The translations under genes and the position numbers were made by a program. Below, one piece after another: positions 26,767 through 41,527 of a DNA stretch of 64,000 bases (its first letter is position 1; every line of letters starts with the position of its first letter). Where the stretch lies: positions 186,001 to 250,000 of the forward strand of contig JBEWZL010000066.1 of assembly GCA_045837725.1 (NCBI GenBank), in the 5' to 3' direction. The notes below the pieces were generated by a model. The model ran no database searches. It had not been told where the DNA came from and saw nothing but the letters and a program-made list of their open reading frames with translations. The DNA is from Vermamoeba vermiformis (lineage: Eukaryota).

Positions 26767-27889
26767 TGCTCGTGCTGCCATCACAACCATCACTGCAACA
26801 CTGTTGACGGAATTGTGGCGCTGTTTCGGTGAAAACAAGCACGTGATCGTGGATTTCACGGCCAATTTATGTGCCTAGAATGCAGCACTAGTGCTACTGC
26901 TATTGGCACATCAAGATGCGTGGTATGTGCGTGGGGTGGATGAACAAAACATTGCCACTGCAGTGAACCAATCCGTTGCACAACAGCAGTGCCGAGCAAG
27001 CATTATGTGGTCAGCTGTTAGTGACTGAACGATGCAGCACTTCTCCAGCGTACGATCATACACGAGACCCGTGCTGAGCACCACTCTACTGCACGTGACG
27101 CACAATGAGTAGCATGTGAGAGTGTCCTCCTCTATCTGAGAGCTGTGCATCTCATCAGTCCGAGGTGTGCCGTGTGTAGCGGCACTGTGCCACGCGAGCA
27201 CGTTGTGGTCATGTTGTCAAGGTCTGTGCAGCGGCATTGAGTGGGGACGACGAAGGGCAGTGGCCCGGATACCGCTTATTGCAATGACGGGTAGCAAAGA
27301 GCTCGGTGATTGAGCAATCTGTTGTAGAGTCCAGTATAAATGGCTGCATAGAGTGGTTGCGATGCTGATATGACGTGCTTCATGAATAAATAAATTGACC
27401 GTTTGCGTGCGAGTCGAATGTTAACTATTAATTAGAAGAGGATCGGGATCTGAGTTCCTCACGAACAAGTTTACGTGGCTCTAAAGAGTAAATATGCCAC
27501 GAAGTATGATAAATATTCTAAATAAATCGAATAATATTATTAGTTCGGATCTGTCAACTATTATCTTACCTTTAGACGACTCTGAGCACTAGTCATGCTG
27601 TAATATAAATCATGTTCCAATATATCTTTGTAATTGAATATTCTTCATTCTATTTATTGTTGTGTCAGACGTGAAACTCGAAAAATAAGAGCGGAAGACT
27701 CAGAACTCGAACATAAACTCCTTATTCGGTGGCCCCTTCGATTTTAACTTCTACTTTATTGTGCACGGTTGTGGTGCTCCTTCGCTCAAGCTAGAAAAGA
27801 ATTCCATTTTCGCGCACTTTTATTTTTTTGACCGTTGTGCACAAAATTTTTAAAATCAAAATGTTGTATCTCAGTAGACGAAGAACACA

Positions 27890-28912
27890 ATGGCTGCGAT
27901 TGCGAGTTGTGCGTTACACAAGCAGCACACGGTTGTTTACCCTCGAATTTCATTGACGGACTTTTTGGCCAGATTGGGGTAAGTTTCAAAGATTAGGGCC
28001 TACATGTCCTAACACATTCATTGCTAACAACAATTTAGCGATATTTCGGACATCAAATCGAAAATCAGACATTACGAAATGTACGATCAGGAGCAAGTAC
28101 ATTCCACCGAAGAAATTACGAGAAAATATATTCCAATCAAGAAGGGCAAGAAATGGTATCGTTTTTACTCTCAAAATGGATGCTATGGCTCCGAATCTTA
28201 TGCCTATCGGCAATTGAAGCACTTTAAGTGCCCTTACTTTGGTAAACCAAAAATGATAATCGAAGATGCTGAGGACCTGGACATTGATATGTTCTTCATC
28301 CCGCACTACAATGAATATTGCCGAACAACGCTTCGTCCATATGTGAAGACAGTCATGCGCCAACTGTTAAAGGTAACTTGAACAGTTCACCGTACGGCAG
28401 AAACGAAAAAACTGACTCATTCAATTTCAGGTGTTAGTGTGCCTCCGAAAGCGCGTGATAGTGCACCTGAAGATCAGACCTGAATCAATCACTTGGCGAT
28501 GGAACAAAAGAGGCACTAAGCCTCACATCTACTTGACCAACTTCGATCAGATTGAAGACGGTGACAGGTCTGTACAATATCCTTACATTTATGACTGGGC
28601 GTACGATGATTGTGAGTACGACGTGCGTCTTGCGGGAGTGCTGATGTTGGAGATGGTAAGTAGAAGCAATAAAGGCGCCTGTAAAAAATTGTCAGTACTA
28701 ATTAACTCCACCAGCTACTTGATCGAGACATCTTTCCACTATACTCCAATACCAACTGTCTTATACCTCTTGCAGACAGAGAGCAATTCTATGCTCAGAT
28801 TGGATGTCCAGTGACTTGCGACTTGCTCGAAGAGTTGATTGGTGGCAGTCCAATCGGACGAATCACCGCTAAAGAGGCGTTGAAACATGAGTACTTTAAA
28901 TCTAAATTGTAA
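27890..28912 (+). CDS. Protein kinase-like protein, probable pseudokinase
   Basis: IVHLKIRPES (HRDLKPEN position), YLTNFD (DFG position), YDVRLAGVLMLEM, RITAKEALKHEYF. Confidence 0.7.
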
Positions 28913-29404
28913 AGTTATTAAGTCGTGTAGACGAATGTAGATATATGTAATATAATGTAAGATTGTATCGAAAATATGTAAATATGTTAATTTAGACATC
29001 ATTTTCATCGACCCGTTCTTGTTCCATCACTGTACTCGTCTTCCCTCTTCTTTTAGTGCCTATGACATGTTGCTCTTCTTCGCGATACAACCTGGGCCAA
29101 TAGTCCACAAAATATCATCGATTTTCCGTTTGTGTGCCACATCTGGCTAGTTCATCGAAAAGACGCAGCTGACGCATTGACGGAAGAAGCAAGACGTGAA
29201 TTACGGAATAACTAATACTACAAACAATCTAATTTTCAACTTAAAATAGTGTGATTCGCCTAAGAATAAAAGTTCAATTTTGCCCGTGCGCAATTCAATT
29301 TCAAAAGATGACCCACTAGTGAACCACAACAACACCCACCTATCAATACATTACTTGCACCTATCAGTAGTACAGCAATACAACCAATTTACTAATCAGC
29401 TGCT

Positions 29405-31681
29405 ATGAACATCGACATTGTCGACCCAGCAAATCCGATGCTATTCGCATCTTTCAACCAGGACTACAGGTAATTATAATTTGCGATATCTTGAACGTGT
29501 ATTAATATGGAGACTAGCCGTCTTGTCATTGGCACGCGATTGGGCTTCAAATTATTCAATACCGAGCCAGATTTTGTTCCGGTTTACAAGGACGGTAAGT
29601 TGATACAATATTTTTTTGAGAATTAATACAGAATAATATTTAATAATATTGTTATCAATTTTCCCATTAAAATATGGAATTCTGCACTATTTTTCCCGCG
29701 CTCGAACTCAACAACATCCGCCCAACGGTAACCAGACAAAAATAGAACGAGTTTAAGACCAAACGATCCGCAATATTAATAAGGCGGTATTTATATTGCC
29801 CTCTGCGAACTGTTACCGCAGCACCTTTCGGCAATCACACTCGTGATCTCCGCGAGTTTTCTGAGACATTTGCGAGAATATAATTTATTTATGCCCGCAG
29901 TAATTTGGCTGATTACAGTGCGTTACATATGCATGTTGATTGTCGATACATTGCAACGAATTACTGCATTCTCGACGTACGAGTAAAATATTGGCAGTAT
30001 CAATCAAAGTCAAAATCTTTCTTGCAACGTCACCAGCTTGATAACACGGGATAATTGAAGAATGCTGCGTATTATACATGACCCTATATATAAGCACTCA
30101 AAACATCAATAATTCGCTGATTTGCGCAGTCATTCTGATTTGTTTGCGAACGGCGGAGAATTCAACTTAAACTAGCCGCCGAAAGATTCTCCAATACTTT
30201 AAGACTGCAATACGAACAATTTACGTCCTCGTTATCCTATTATAAGAGCTCGAGCGCGACAAGCAGAACAAATTCAATTTCTGACTTTCAAACCGCAATT
30301 CAAATTCAATTTCGTGCACTAACGGCGCAATTTACTAGAAAATGGAGGCTGCAGCCTGGTTGAAGTACTCTACAGCACTAAGCTTGTCGCAGTCGTGGGG
30401 TCTGGTGAACATCCGTCTAGTCCTGCGCGACGCGTAAGCCTGATCAACTGTGGCCACGGCAAAGAGATCTATTCGCTCTCATTCCCCACTCCAGTCCTCG
30501 CAGTGCGCATGAGCAAGAACAGGTGCGTTGTTGATGCGAAGACTTGCCGGTCTCAATTTAGTTTTAAGGCTAAAAATAGCCAATTGACCGTTGATTCATC
30601 CGACTACTCGTCTGATTATAGTACCACTAATATGCTGTACTAATGCCATATTAATAGACTCATCGTCGTTACAGAGGCAGTTATTTACTTGTACGAACTT
30701 CAAACCAATCGCTTGCTGACCACCATCGACACACCGCCCAATCCTCATGGTATGCTGACATACACTATATATGCGTTACAATAGCACAACTAATGTCTAT
30801 TGCAGGTGTGGTAGCACTGACCAATCGAGATCCAGAGAACGGTCAGACCCAATCACTGCTCGCCTTCCCCGGCCACACCACGCAAGGTGACCTCGTGCTC
30901 TACGACACCAACGCCCTCAAGATTGCGCGCGTGGTCAAGAACATTCACAAGACACCACTGCGCTTCATTCAGTTCAGTCCTGATGATCGCGTCATTGCCA
31001 CGGCCTCGGAGACTGTGAGTAGTCTTTGCGCGAATTCAATTCTCGCTGATCACGTAATCTAACCACTCACTCGCAGGGCACGGTCATTAAAGTGCGCGCA
31101 GTAGATCCGCGCCTCGACAAAGAGCTCTCGTTCCGTCGCGGTACCTTGCACGGCGCGACCATAGCCTCGATTGCATTCAACAGCGATGGCTCACTGCTCG
31201 CGGTGTCGAGTAGCAACGGCACAGTGCACTTGTTCAAAGTACCATCGCTCTACGACCTCGAGCTCAATCAAAAGTGAGTCACAGCGCATAGCTCTATATT
31301 CACTAGTCTGCATACTAATCACTCCAACACAGTGGTGCACAGTCCTCCATGCTCGGCTACTTTGGCAGTTATTTCAATGCTGATGCCACACGCAGCTTTG
31401 CGACCATTAGAACTGGCTCAATATCACTCTGCGGCTTCTCACGCGACTCATCCCGTCTGTTTGTCGTCACTCCTGATGGCAAGGTATGTAGCCCTGGCAT
31501 ATTTCCTAATTTGGACTGAACTATTAACATCGTGCAACAGTTCTCCAAGTACCAAATTGAACTGAACTGCAAATTGGAGCGACAAGAGCTGCTGCTCTCA
31601 GACATGGAAGAAGAGGAGTTCGAAGGTCCAGTGCGCGACTCACCGCCCAACAAGCACGACGTCCTCATCGACAACCACTAG
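29405..31681 (+). CDS. ATG18: PROPPIN ATG18/WIPI autophagy protein
   Basis: SFNQDYS, IDTPPNPHGV, IHKTPL, IATASE.GTVIKV, FRRG lipid-binding motif, SSSNGTVHLFK. Confidence 0.9.
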
Positions 31682-32206
31682 CCACATCCACCGCTCTGGT
31701 CGCGTGGCTGGAGCCCTCCTGTACATTAGCACAACATCTCTACCCCTGTACATAGCTTATACGACACTTATACTCGAATTTTTCACTTCACATCACAATT
31801 TTAATGAAGAAATTCGTTCTTATTTATTCGAAAGACATCCAGCTCTTTCACCCACATGTAAATTTGACACTTGTAGCATAACAAAACAAACAGCGAATAT
31901 ATAAACCCAATAAACATGTAAATACACTCCATAGCGATCGTCACGCTTGTCTTTAAAGACTTTGATGCTCGCGTTCCTGGTAGTCGCGAGGTGCAACGGA
32001 AAAAAACGGCTGAAGAAAATTAAACTGGCAAATCAATTGGACCTGCGTAGAGTACACGAGCGATTAGCGATTATTCACATGTTATAAGAATTGATAGAGT
32101 ATCCATCCGATTAATCCAAGCAATCGCAATATCACATCTACCATAAAAAAAACTAAAAAAATTATAAAAAGAAAAAAACCCAAAAAAAGGAAATATTACG
32201 ACGACT

Positions 32207-35200
32207 ATGTATGACCCTAATTATAATCCTTATGGTACGTATTCGTAGTAACCGTCTTTTCAAAATTTACGCCTGATTCAACAATAATTATTTCTCTGGC
32301 ACCTAGCCCTTCAATAATACATTAAATAAGCAATATGAATTATTTATAAAATAGGAATATTAAAAATAATTGATTAATTGTAATTCTAGCGAATGGACCC
32401 ATCTATTACAACAGCGACGACGGGCTCTTTGAGTTGCAAACCTTTACTGAGCCAGGCATGCAGCCAGAGCCCATCACTGCCGCTGCATTTGATCCCTTTG
32501 AAGAGGTTCTATGGACGGGCACCGGTTCGGTAAGATACTTGATACTTCGCGTTGATCGCTAAATTTATTTATTGAAATTGATATTACTGCAAATAATTCC
32601 TATGAAATTAATTATATTATATTTAAATACTGCTATATTTACCACAAATAAATCAAAATTTTGCAAATTGACCTCTTTGCGACCCTGAATGTCAAACCGA
32701 AATTAGAACACTACAGACGATGAATATAGTCGATATGCAACGCTAATATTATATAGGGCCGTATTGTCGGTTATGTAGCACCTACCATGGACAAATACGC
32801 CTCGTGGACTGCGCACGAAGAATTCGGTGAAGTGCGTCAAATGCTGGTCGATGAATACGGCATCTTGTCCATATCGAGCAACACACTGCGCATCAGTGAT
32901 CGTGGTGGCATGCGCAAGTTCTTTTACAGGTAAGTGGATCTGTTGCATGGATGCAAACACTTGTGGCGCGAATAGTACAGCCCTTGCATGACGAGTGCAA
33001 TCGATTGACAGCGACTAGTACTGATCTGATTATACACCACCAGTCACCAAGATCTCGAGGACATTCAGTGCATGACATTTGTCAATGCCGCGCACTCGCA
33101 CCTCATCGTCGGAGGTATATCCGACTCCATGTTCGTGTTTGACTTGGAACGCGGTCAAGTGATCAAAGAGGTCAGTGTTTGACACGTGTCATTCGTGCGA
33201 TTACTGACACGTGTTCTGATGACAGGTGCAAGTGTCAGCAGGAGTGACAGCTGTCAAAAAGGCGCGTCTGTTGTGTTGTGGTTCAACTGACGGAAAAATT
33301 ACACTGCGCGATCCCAGGTGAGTACTCCGCTGATCATTGCCTTATATGGTAACTCACGTACTTCGCGTCAGATCGTACCGCATTGAGCACAGCTTCGAGG
33401 CGCACAGTGCAGGAGTGAATGACATGGACCTCAAGGGTGACTTGCTCGTGTCGTGCGGCTTCAGCAGTCGCATGGGCCAGAGCTACTTGGACTCGTACAT
33501 CAAAGTGTTTGATCTCCGCATGATGCGCATTCTGAGGCCGCTCAATTTCCCGCCAGGCGCACTGCTCTTGAAATTTCACCCAAAATTCTCGTCGACGCTG
33601 ATCATCGTGAGTCAAGCGGGACAATTTCAGCTGTGTGACGCGCAGGGTGACTTGTCCTCGCTGCAGAACTATCAGATGGACACGCAGGGCCAGTACCTCA
33701 TGTCCTTTGACATTAGCAGCAGTGGCGAGGCCATGGCCCTCGGTGACACTGGCGGCTGCATTCACTTGTGGGGCGACAACGAGAACTACAAAGTGAACAT
33801 GTACTCGCGCAACACACTCGAGATGGACCTCATGCTCGAGGGCAATCCCCCGCCCCCGTACAAGCTGAACGAGTGGAGTGTGGGCCTGCACCAGCCCCAT
33901 CTGATGCAGGGGGACCCGACTATGTTCAGGTAAGCGGATAGTTGCCTTGTTTGGCAAGTCACGTGACTGACAGCAGTGACAGCGATTGGTCTGGTGGCAT
34001 GATGAATGTGAGCATGTACCCGCACTTGACACGGCCGCACGATCCACTCGAACACATGCGGCGCGATGAGTACGGCAATGTGCTGCCCAACAACGGTCGA
34101 CTGCGCAATCAGGTGCGTACTATGTGATCCATATACATATATAGTGAGGCTATTAATAGAACTGACCAATGATCCTCAGGTACGTCGTCCAATGCCGTAT
34201 CAGTCGATGGAGCGGAACAATTACAATCAGGAACCAAATGATTATCAGCGCACTGAACAGGTGAGTGCACCATATATGGTAATAGTCCAATTGACGACTA
34301 ATGTGCTATTAATAGACGCAGTTCAATGGGCGCGCACGTCCTCCCAAGAGTTATCGCCGAATTCCGATCAAATTTACCAAATTAGGTGTGGACGACTTTG
34401 ATTTCTCCGCGTACAACAAGACCAAGTTCAGTGGTCTCGAGAACGTGTTGCCGAATTCGTTCTGCAATGCACTGATGCAAACACTCTATTTTATTCCGCA
34501 GTTCCGCATCAGCATGCTCAATCATCTCTGCACCGTCGAGCACTGCTTGTCGTGCGAGCTCGGCTTCTTGTTCCGTGAGTAACAAGCCATTCACTGAACG
34601 AGGACACGTGACTGACCATATTTAGACATGTTTGACATCGCTCAGGGCAATAGCTGTCAAGCGAGCAACTTCTGGCGAGCCATGCGCGAGATACCAGCAG
34701 GTACGAATAGCATTGCCAATATAGATCTAGTCACGTGACTCATGTGCTATAAATAGCTGCGCGGTTGGAGCTGTTGGAGGACAACAAAGACGTCTCCAAG
34801 CTGATTCGTCGCTTCAATTCGTTCTTGTTCCAACAGATCCACAAAGAACTCCTCGCGACTAAAAATAGCAACACCCCCGTGCGTGCCAACAACACCAACA
34901 CGAGCCCCGCACCCACCACTGGTCCGACACCCTCCCCGACTCCGAGTCTCACTGTAAATACCCCCGCCAACAGCGCGAGTGGCTCGCAGCGTCGTCTGTC
35001 AGTCACCACGCCGAGCTCGTCGTCGATTGTCGATCAGCTCTTCGGCTCCACACTGCGCAGCAACACGCACTGCTTGACCTGTCAGCACGAGAGCACGCGC
35101 GACAGCAAGATTCATCAGCACACGCTCAACATCAACGCGCACAGCAACGACAGCAATCAATCCTTTGCAACTATTCTGCGCAACACGTTGCAGTCCAGCA

Positions 35201-37180
35201 CGCGCACACGTGCTTGGTGCGAACACTGCCGTGCCATGCAGCTGTGCGATCAACAGCGCGAGGTCTTTGCACTGCCGCACGTGTTGTGTCTGCAGCTGCC
35301 GATGAGTGAGCCGACCAATGATTTGACCGCGTTCTGGCAGTCACTTTCCACCGGTACGTTGTGAGGCACGTGCTCAAGTCATGTGACTAACGCTATTTTT
35401 AGAAACAATGCTCACGGAGGACCACTCGCACGCCAATCACTGGCTGCCGTTCAGAATTGCCATCACCAAAGATGCCAAATCAGGCAAGTTGGTGGTGCAG
35501 GAGTACTCCGAGTCCACGACCAAGAGCTCCGATGTGCCCGATCTCTACGAGCTCACTGCTGTCATCTCGTGCGTCACTGATGTCGTCGGCGAGAACACCA
35601 CCGAGCACATCATCGCGCAGATCAAAGGTACGTTGACACGTGTCAAACACTGACCTCGCATCACTAACACGTGTCCCATCAGTGCCGCACATGTACCACG
35701 AGCTCGTGCACCACACCCCCACGCACTCGTCGTTCAACTGGTACATGTTCAACGACTTCTACATTCAGCCCACGTCCAAGTACGAGACTGTGTACATAAA
35801 CTCCAACTGGAAGGTACGTCCGCGAGTGTCGTGTGCAGGGCTGCGACTAAGCACCAACCTTTGCAGATCCCGTGTCTCGTGTATTATTCGCGCGTGGACT
35901 TGGAAGAACGCTTGCCTCCAGCACCGTTCATGAATCCGATTAATGAACAAGCGTTGTTCGCGCCCAATCCGCTGAGTGCTGCACGCACCACCCCCGCCCA
36001 TCCGACCACCATTGTGCCCCTCAAAGTTGAAGAGGTGCTGCCCACTCTCGCCAATGAATACGTCGCTATTGATACGGAGTTTGTGCTCATCGGTGATGTG
36101 CGTTCATGAACCAATTATTCCGCAGTGCACAGTACTAACACGCGTCTAATTATAGGAAGAGGTCGTGGAGCGGCCAGACGGCGGCAAATTGATCACCAAG
36201 CCCGGTCTGTTCTCACTCGCACGTGTCAGGTACGTCCCTAGCGCTAGCATTAGACGCAGTGCTATAAATAGCTGCGTGTCACTCACTGATTGACAGTGTG
36301 TTGCGCGGCTCTGGTGTCCAAGAAGGCGTGCCATTCATTGACGAGTACATTGCCACCGATGAAAAGATCATCAAGGTACGCGCATTTGTCACGTGATTGT
36401 TGTTACGAGTCAGCCACTGACACGTGTCACGCGCAGGACTATCTCACGCAGTTCTCGGGCATATTCCCCGGTGATCTCGACCCCACCAAGTCCCCGCACA
36501 ACGTCGTCACGCTCAAACAGGCCTATTTGAAGCTGCGCTATCTCGTCGATCGGGGCTGCAAATTTGTCGGACACGGCCTGAAGAAGGACTTCCGCACCAT
36601 CAGTACGTGCCATATATAGCACATTGATACTAGATCTAACGTGAGTACAGATCTGATTGTGCCCAAAGAGCAGTTGATCGACACGGTGGAGTTGTTCCAC
36701 TTGAAGCGACAGCGCAAGATCTCGCTCAAGTTCTTGGCCTCGTTCTTGTTGGGCCTCGAAATTCAGACCAAGACGCACGACAGCATTGAAGACGCCAAGA
36801 CTGTACGTGTCACTGCTGCACTGCTAGCCCCGCACTAACACTGTTTCTAGGCCCTCATGTTGTATCACCGCTACATCGAGCTCGTGCGTGAGGACGCATT
36901 TGACGACGTGTTGAACGACATCTACTCGGTGGGCAGATCCAAACAGTGGCGCTACGAAGCACTCGGCAGTCCTGCAGTCAAGACCAGCTCACCTCTGCCC
37001 TCGCCTAAGGGCACTCCAACGCGTGCCAAGCGCGATCATTCAGGTGCCAACAGCTTGAATAATTCCGCGAATAATGTTCCGCCCGAGAACAACATCAACA
37101 GCAACAATAGCGACAATACCAATGTACTCAATACCAGTGTTAATAATATGTCTGTTAGTAACGAAAATAAAAATCTGTAA
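32207..37180 (+). CDS. PAN2: PAN2 deadenylase catalytic subunit (WD40, pseudo-UCH, DEDD exonuclease)
   Basis: [70 protein letters not shown]. Confidence 0.95.
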
Positions 37181-37317
37181 TTAGTCTGTATGAACGTCGC
37201 TAAGTTCTGGAATTTCTGTCTGGAATGTTCGCTGCGGATCTGACGTCGCTGAAAATTTGATAAACGTCCAAAGATTTTGTTCTTTTACTCGCATGTTAAT
37301 GATCACCATCAAGCACG

Positions 37318-39845
37318 ATGTTGGTGAACACTAAAAAGATCGAAAAGCAGAATAAGTTAAAGAGGACTATCGTTCTTGTTGGGTAAGCGCAGATCTGTTA
37401 CTTTTGAATGCCAACCTCAAAAATTAATTCTTTATTATCTGTTATTAATTGAATTTAAAGCATTGAATTAAACTACCAAATTGACTTAGCTAATGCTCAT
37501 TTAGAAATTTTTGTAAATTAAAAATTATTTTAACAAGTAATATTCGCAATACATCTCAACGTGCAGCTTGCACACTATTCTAAATTTAATTACACTACAT
37601 GCAAAATTATTATTTTAATGCCTCCAACCACATCCACTCACTACTCGCAGTATCCTCGCTTTTGTCGCGGGTCTCTATTCATTCACGCGCTACACAGACC
37701 AGCGAGTCTCGCGCCACACCTATCTCTCGGAGAATGCGCTGCAGCCTGACTCGAACAAAGTGCTCTATGACCGCGAGGACGTGCAGTTTGCGACTAGCTT
37801 CAGCAAGGAGCACTATCAGTTCGAGAAGAGTTTGAGTGGCGCGCTGTCCGCCGAGCAGTGGAGCAGTGCTGTCGCGCAGTGGCTCGCGAACAAGTTGCAG
37901 CACTTGGGCCTCGAGACACACGTGCAAGAGTTCTCATTCCAACACGCCACTGGTCAGCGGTGAGTAGTGCCAGTACTGTCAACTGTCACGTGCTGATCTG
38001 TTCTAAAAATAGCCGCGGCTGGAATGTCATCAGCATCGTCCGTGCCCCGCGCGGTGATGGCGCGGAGAGTTTGTTGCTGTCCACGCGATACGATCGACCC
38101 CGTATGTAGTGCCACTGCCTTATATGGAAATAACTAGTCTAATTATGGCTGCACAGAGACAGCTCTCGCCACAGATGAAGTGACAAATTTGGGTCTGGCC
38201 GTGTCACTCATTCGACTCTTCCAAAGTACGCAGCACATTATTGCCTTATTTGGCAGTCACTAATTTACAAGCAGAACAAAATTGGTTGTCAAAAGACTAC
38301 ATATTCGTGACGTCACCTGCACGCCAGCACTACAATGACACGGGCATCAAGGCCTTCATGATGGACTATTATGGCTTTGAGGCTGATGCTAAAAATAGCG
38401 CAGCACAGCACGACAATGACGCCGCAATCACGTACACGCGCCAATATTACCCGCGCGGTGCTATCATTGCTGCACTCAATCTCGCCATTGACTCGTTCAA
38501 AACGTTCACTGAATTGGCTATTCTACCTGAAGGCACCCAAGGTCACTTGCCTAATTTGGACTTGATCAACACGATCACGACAGTAGCCAGCCAATCAGGT
38601 GTCAATCAAGTGACACTCAGCAAGACTGACAACTTTCCCTGTAAGTAACTGCAGCTATGATAGTAACTCCACTCTAATGTAGTACCGCAGCACGACTCGA
38701 CGCGTATGTGCCGCGAGAACTGCGCAACTTGTTCATGTTCATGCGCAATCTAGCGCAAGGTGTGCCGCTCGAAGATCAAGCAGTGCTGGGCCAGTAAGTT
38801 GCAACCTGATCGATGCCTGTTCGCTGCTTGTCTGACACGTGTGCAGGTACAACATTGACGCAGTGACCATTCACAACAAGAATGCGTACAAAGACAACAA
38901 AGGTCGATTGACGCCATTCACCCTCGCACGTGTCATCGAAGGCACGGTCAGATCCGTCAACAATCTCATTGAACGCTTCCATCAGTCCTTCTATTACTAC
39001 TTGCTCATCAATCCTTATCAATTCATTTCAATCGGCAATTACATGATTTCATTGGGCCTCATCATTCTCGGCTACTGGGCCTATGTAAGTCGCGCAACAA
39101 TATCATACCGACCCACGTCTAATTGAGCTGAACACAGTCCACCTATTCACTTTACATTGCCCCCACTGCCGAGTTGTTACCTTCATTCTTGCACGTGACT
39201 GCGGCACATCTTGTCGGTCTGCTCGTCTTCGCTGCACCACTCACCGTGCGCCGCTTAGTTGAAATGGGTCTCATTGACGCACAGTTCTTGCAATCAGATC
39301 AGGTACCCAAATGAATTCAAATAGCATTGGCTGGTATTAATACTTGTTAGTTATTATTGGTAATGGCCGCTACTGCGGTACTAGGGGCACTTATCTTCTT
39401 CATCGTGAGTGCCAAGTCACTGCCAGTAGCCTCGCAATCAGTGCTACGACCCTTTGCCATGGTCCCCTCAGCACTCTTCTTAGCGACTATGGCACTGCTC
39501 AACTTCTCGTTTGCCACACTCGCAGCTACCTTCTTTGTGCCCATTTACGGCTTGCTCTTGCTTACTCTCCGCCCCAAGCGAAACTTGTTCCTAGCCCTCT
39601 TGCATTTGATCTACATAGTGGCTATTCCGTTCATTGGCGTCGTTGCTGCTGATTACGTGATCGGTTCCGGACGCGCGTTCGACGAGCTTGTGGATCACCA
39701 ACGGGTGTACGCCTTGTTCGCTGAACCTATCCTGTCCATGCTCAAGAACTACTTGGACTCATCAAGCTTATTATTCCCGTTCATTACCATCATCGTACTG
39801 CCTTTCCACTGCCTCATCTGTAAACTCGTTGCGTACGAGCTGTAA
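37318..39845 (+). CDS. GPAA1: GPI transamidase subunit GAA1
   Basis: TYLSENALQP, RAPRGDGAE, WLSKD, GHLPNLDLIN, NNLIERFHQSFYYYL, then multiple TM helices. Confidence 0.93.
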
Positions 39846-40101
39846 AAATTTTTTAAATGTTAATAAAATACCCTAACAACGCAATAAACATAACAGGTAA
39901 TACTGCGGCAACGGGGACAAGGTTGGATAGAAAATTAAATTAACGAGCTATTATTAGAGGCCAGATTGATATTTTAACGTTTTTTGATTTTTGTTTATTT
40001 GTATTCAATCGTGTTCGTTAGATTGAAATATTATATACATCCTTTTGGTAGGGGTTACAAGTTAAATTAGGTTTAGATTCGAATTTCGCAAGACCAAGAA
40101 T

Positions 40102-40987
40102 TTACTCGTCCTTGTCGTCCTTGTCGTCACCACCGTCCTTGTCGTTGTCGCCTTGACCGTCAGAAGTCCACAAAGTCAAGTTATCTCGGAGCAATTGCAT
40201 AATGACGGTCGAATCCTTGTATGAGTCTTCAGTAAGGTTGTCGAGCTCAGCAATGGCGTCATCAAAAGCTTGTTTAGCGAGTTGGCAAGCCTTGTCCGGG
40301 CTGATTATTATAAGAAGCGTTAGAATCAGTCTTTGCGGTTTTTTAGATTTTGAATCGAGCGTAATAAAAATTAATTGGTACAATTCGATTCTATTTGCCG
40401 TTGGTGTAATATTAAGATTCGTACCTGTTCATAATTTCGTAGTAGAAAACAGAGAAGTTAAGAGCAAGACCCAATCGGATGGGGTGGGTTGAGGCCAACT
40501 CCTTGGTGGCAATATCAGAGGCTGATTGGTAAGCACCCAAAGACTTGTCGGCGGCGTCCTTGCGGAGGTCTCCGGCCTTGAATTCAGCCAAGTATCTGTA
40601 GTAGTCACCCTTCATTTTGTAGTAGAAAACCTTAGCCTCGTTGGATTGAGCGGCGGGGATGAGGTGCTTGTCGAGAACGTTCAAGACGTCTTGGCAAATG
40701 CCAGAAAGCTCGTCTTCAACCTTGGTTCTGTATGAGCGAATTCTGGTAACGTGAGTGGCGTTGCCCTTGCTCTCTTCCTTCGATTCGATGGAGGAAATGA
40801 TTCTCCAAGAAGCTCTGCGGGCACCAACAACGTTCTTGTAGGCAACAGAGAGCAAGTTGCGCTCCTCAACGGTCAATTCAGTACCGAGTTGAGCAACCTT
40901 CTTCATGGCTTCAACCATCTCGTCGTAGCGCTCGGCTTGTTCGGCCAACTTGGCGAGGTAAACATTGTCTTCACGAGTTTCGGTCAT
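40102..40987 (-). CDS. 14-3-3 protein, two exons
   Basis: [62 protein letters not shown]. Confidence 0.98.
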
Positions 40988-41527
40988 TTTTGTTTTTTAA
41001 ATTGAGAGAACTACGATACGTGGTGTTCTGTTGGTATGGGAGTATTTTTGGCTCAAAACGAAGATTTTGTTGTTCAAAAAATAAAATTAATAAATTTACT
41101 CCAGCCAATCCTGTTTCAGCTCGGTGTGGAATTTTTAGCCGCAACGTTTATCAAAATTAGAAATTTAAAATCTCGCGCCTTCTGGTTGCGGAATAATTTA
41201 ACTTTATCTTGCATCGTTGTACCCTTGTTGAGGCAATTGTTCTGGATGCAGCTCGTTCGTTCAGCCGAGAGCTTAAGACGGTCTTGTTTCCTACTTTTAC
41301 TGCCAACCCTTTTCGCAAACAACTTCCCGTTGCATCGAGTAACCTATTTCAGATATTTGAGAGCGATTTACTTGCGATTGAAAGCGAATCCAAAATCACT
41401 GAAGCAAAAACGGCCGTGTGAATAATTTTGGTCGTAAATTCTAATCTTTTACACACTAACCAGAGTAACCAATGTCGTGTATATACAATTTATAATATCT
41501 ATTTCAATCACTGGGTAAATTGAACAG

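Noticed and set aside
26870-27400. GC-balanced stretch with short ORFs upstream of the EGF receptor gene
   Set aside because: I could not build a coherent spliced ORF or RNA structure
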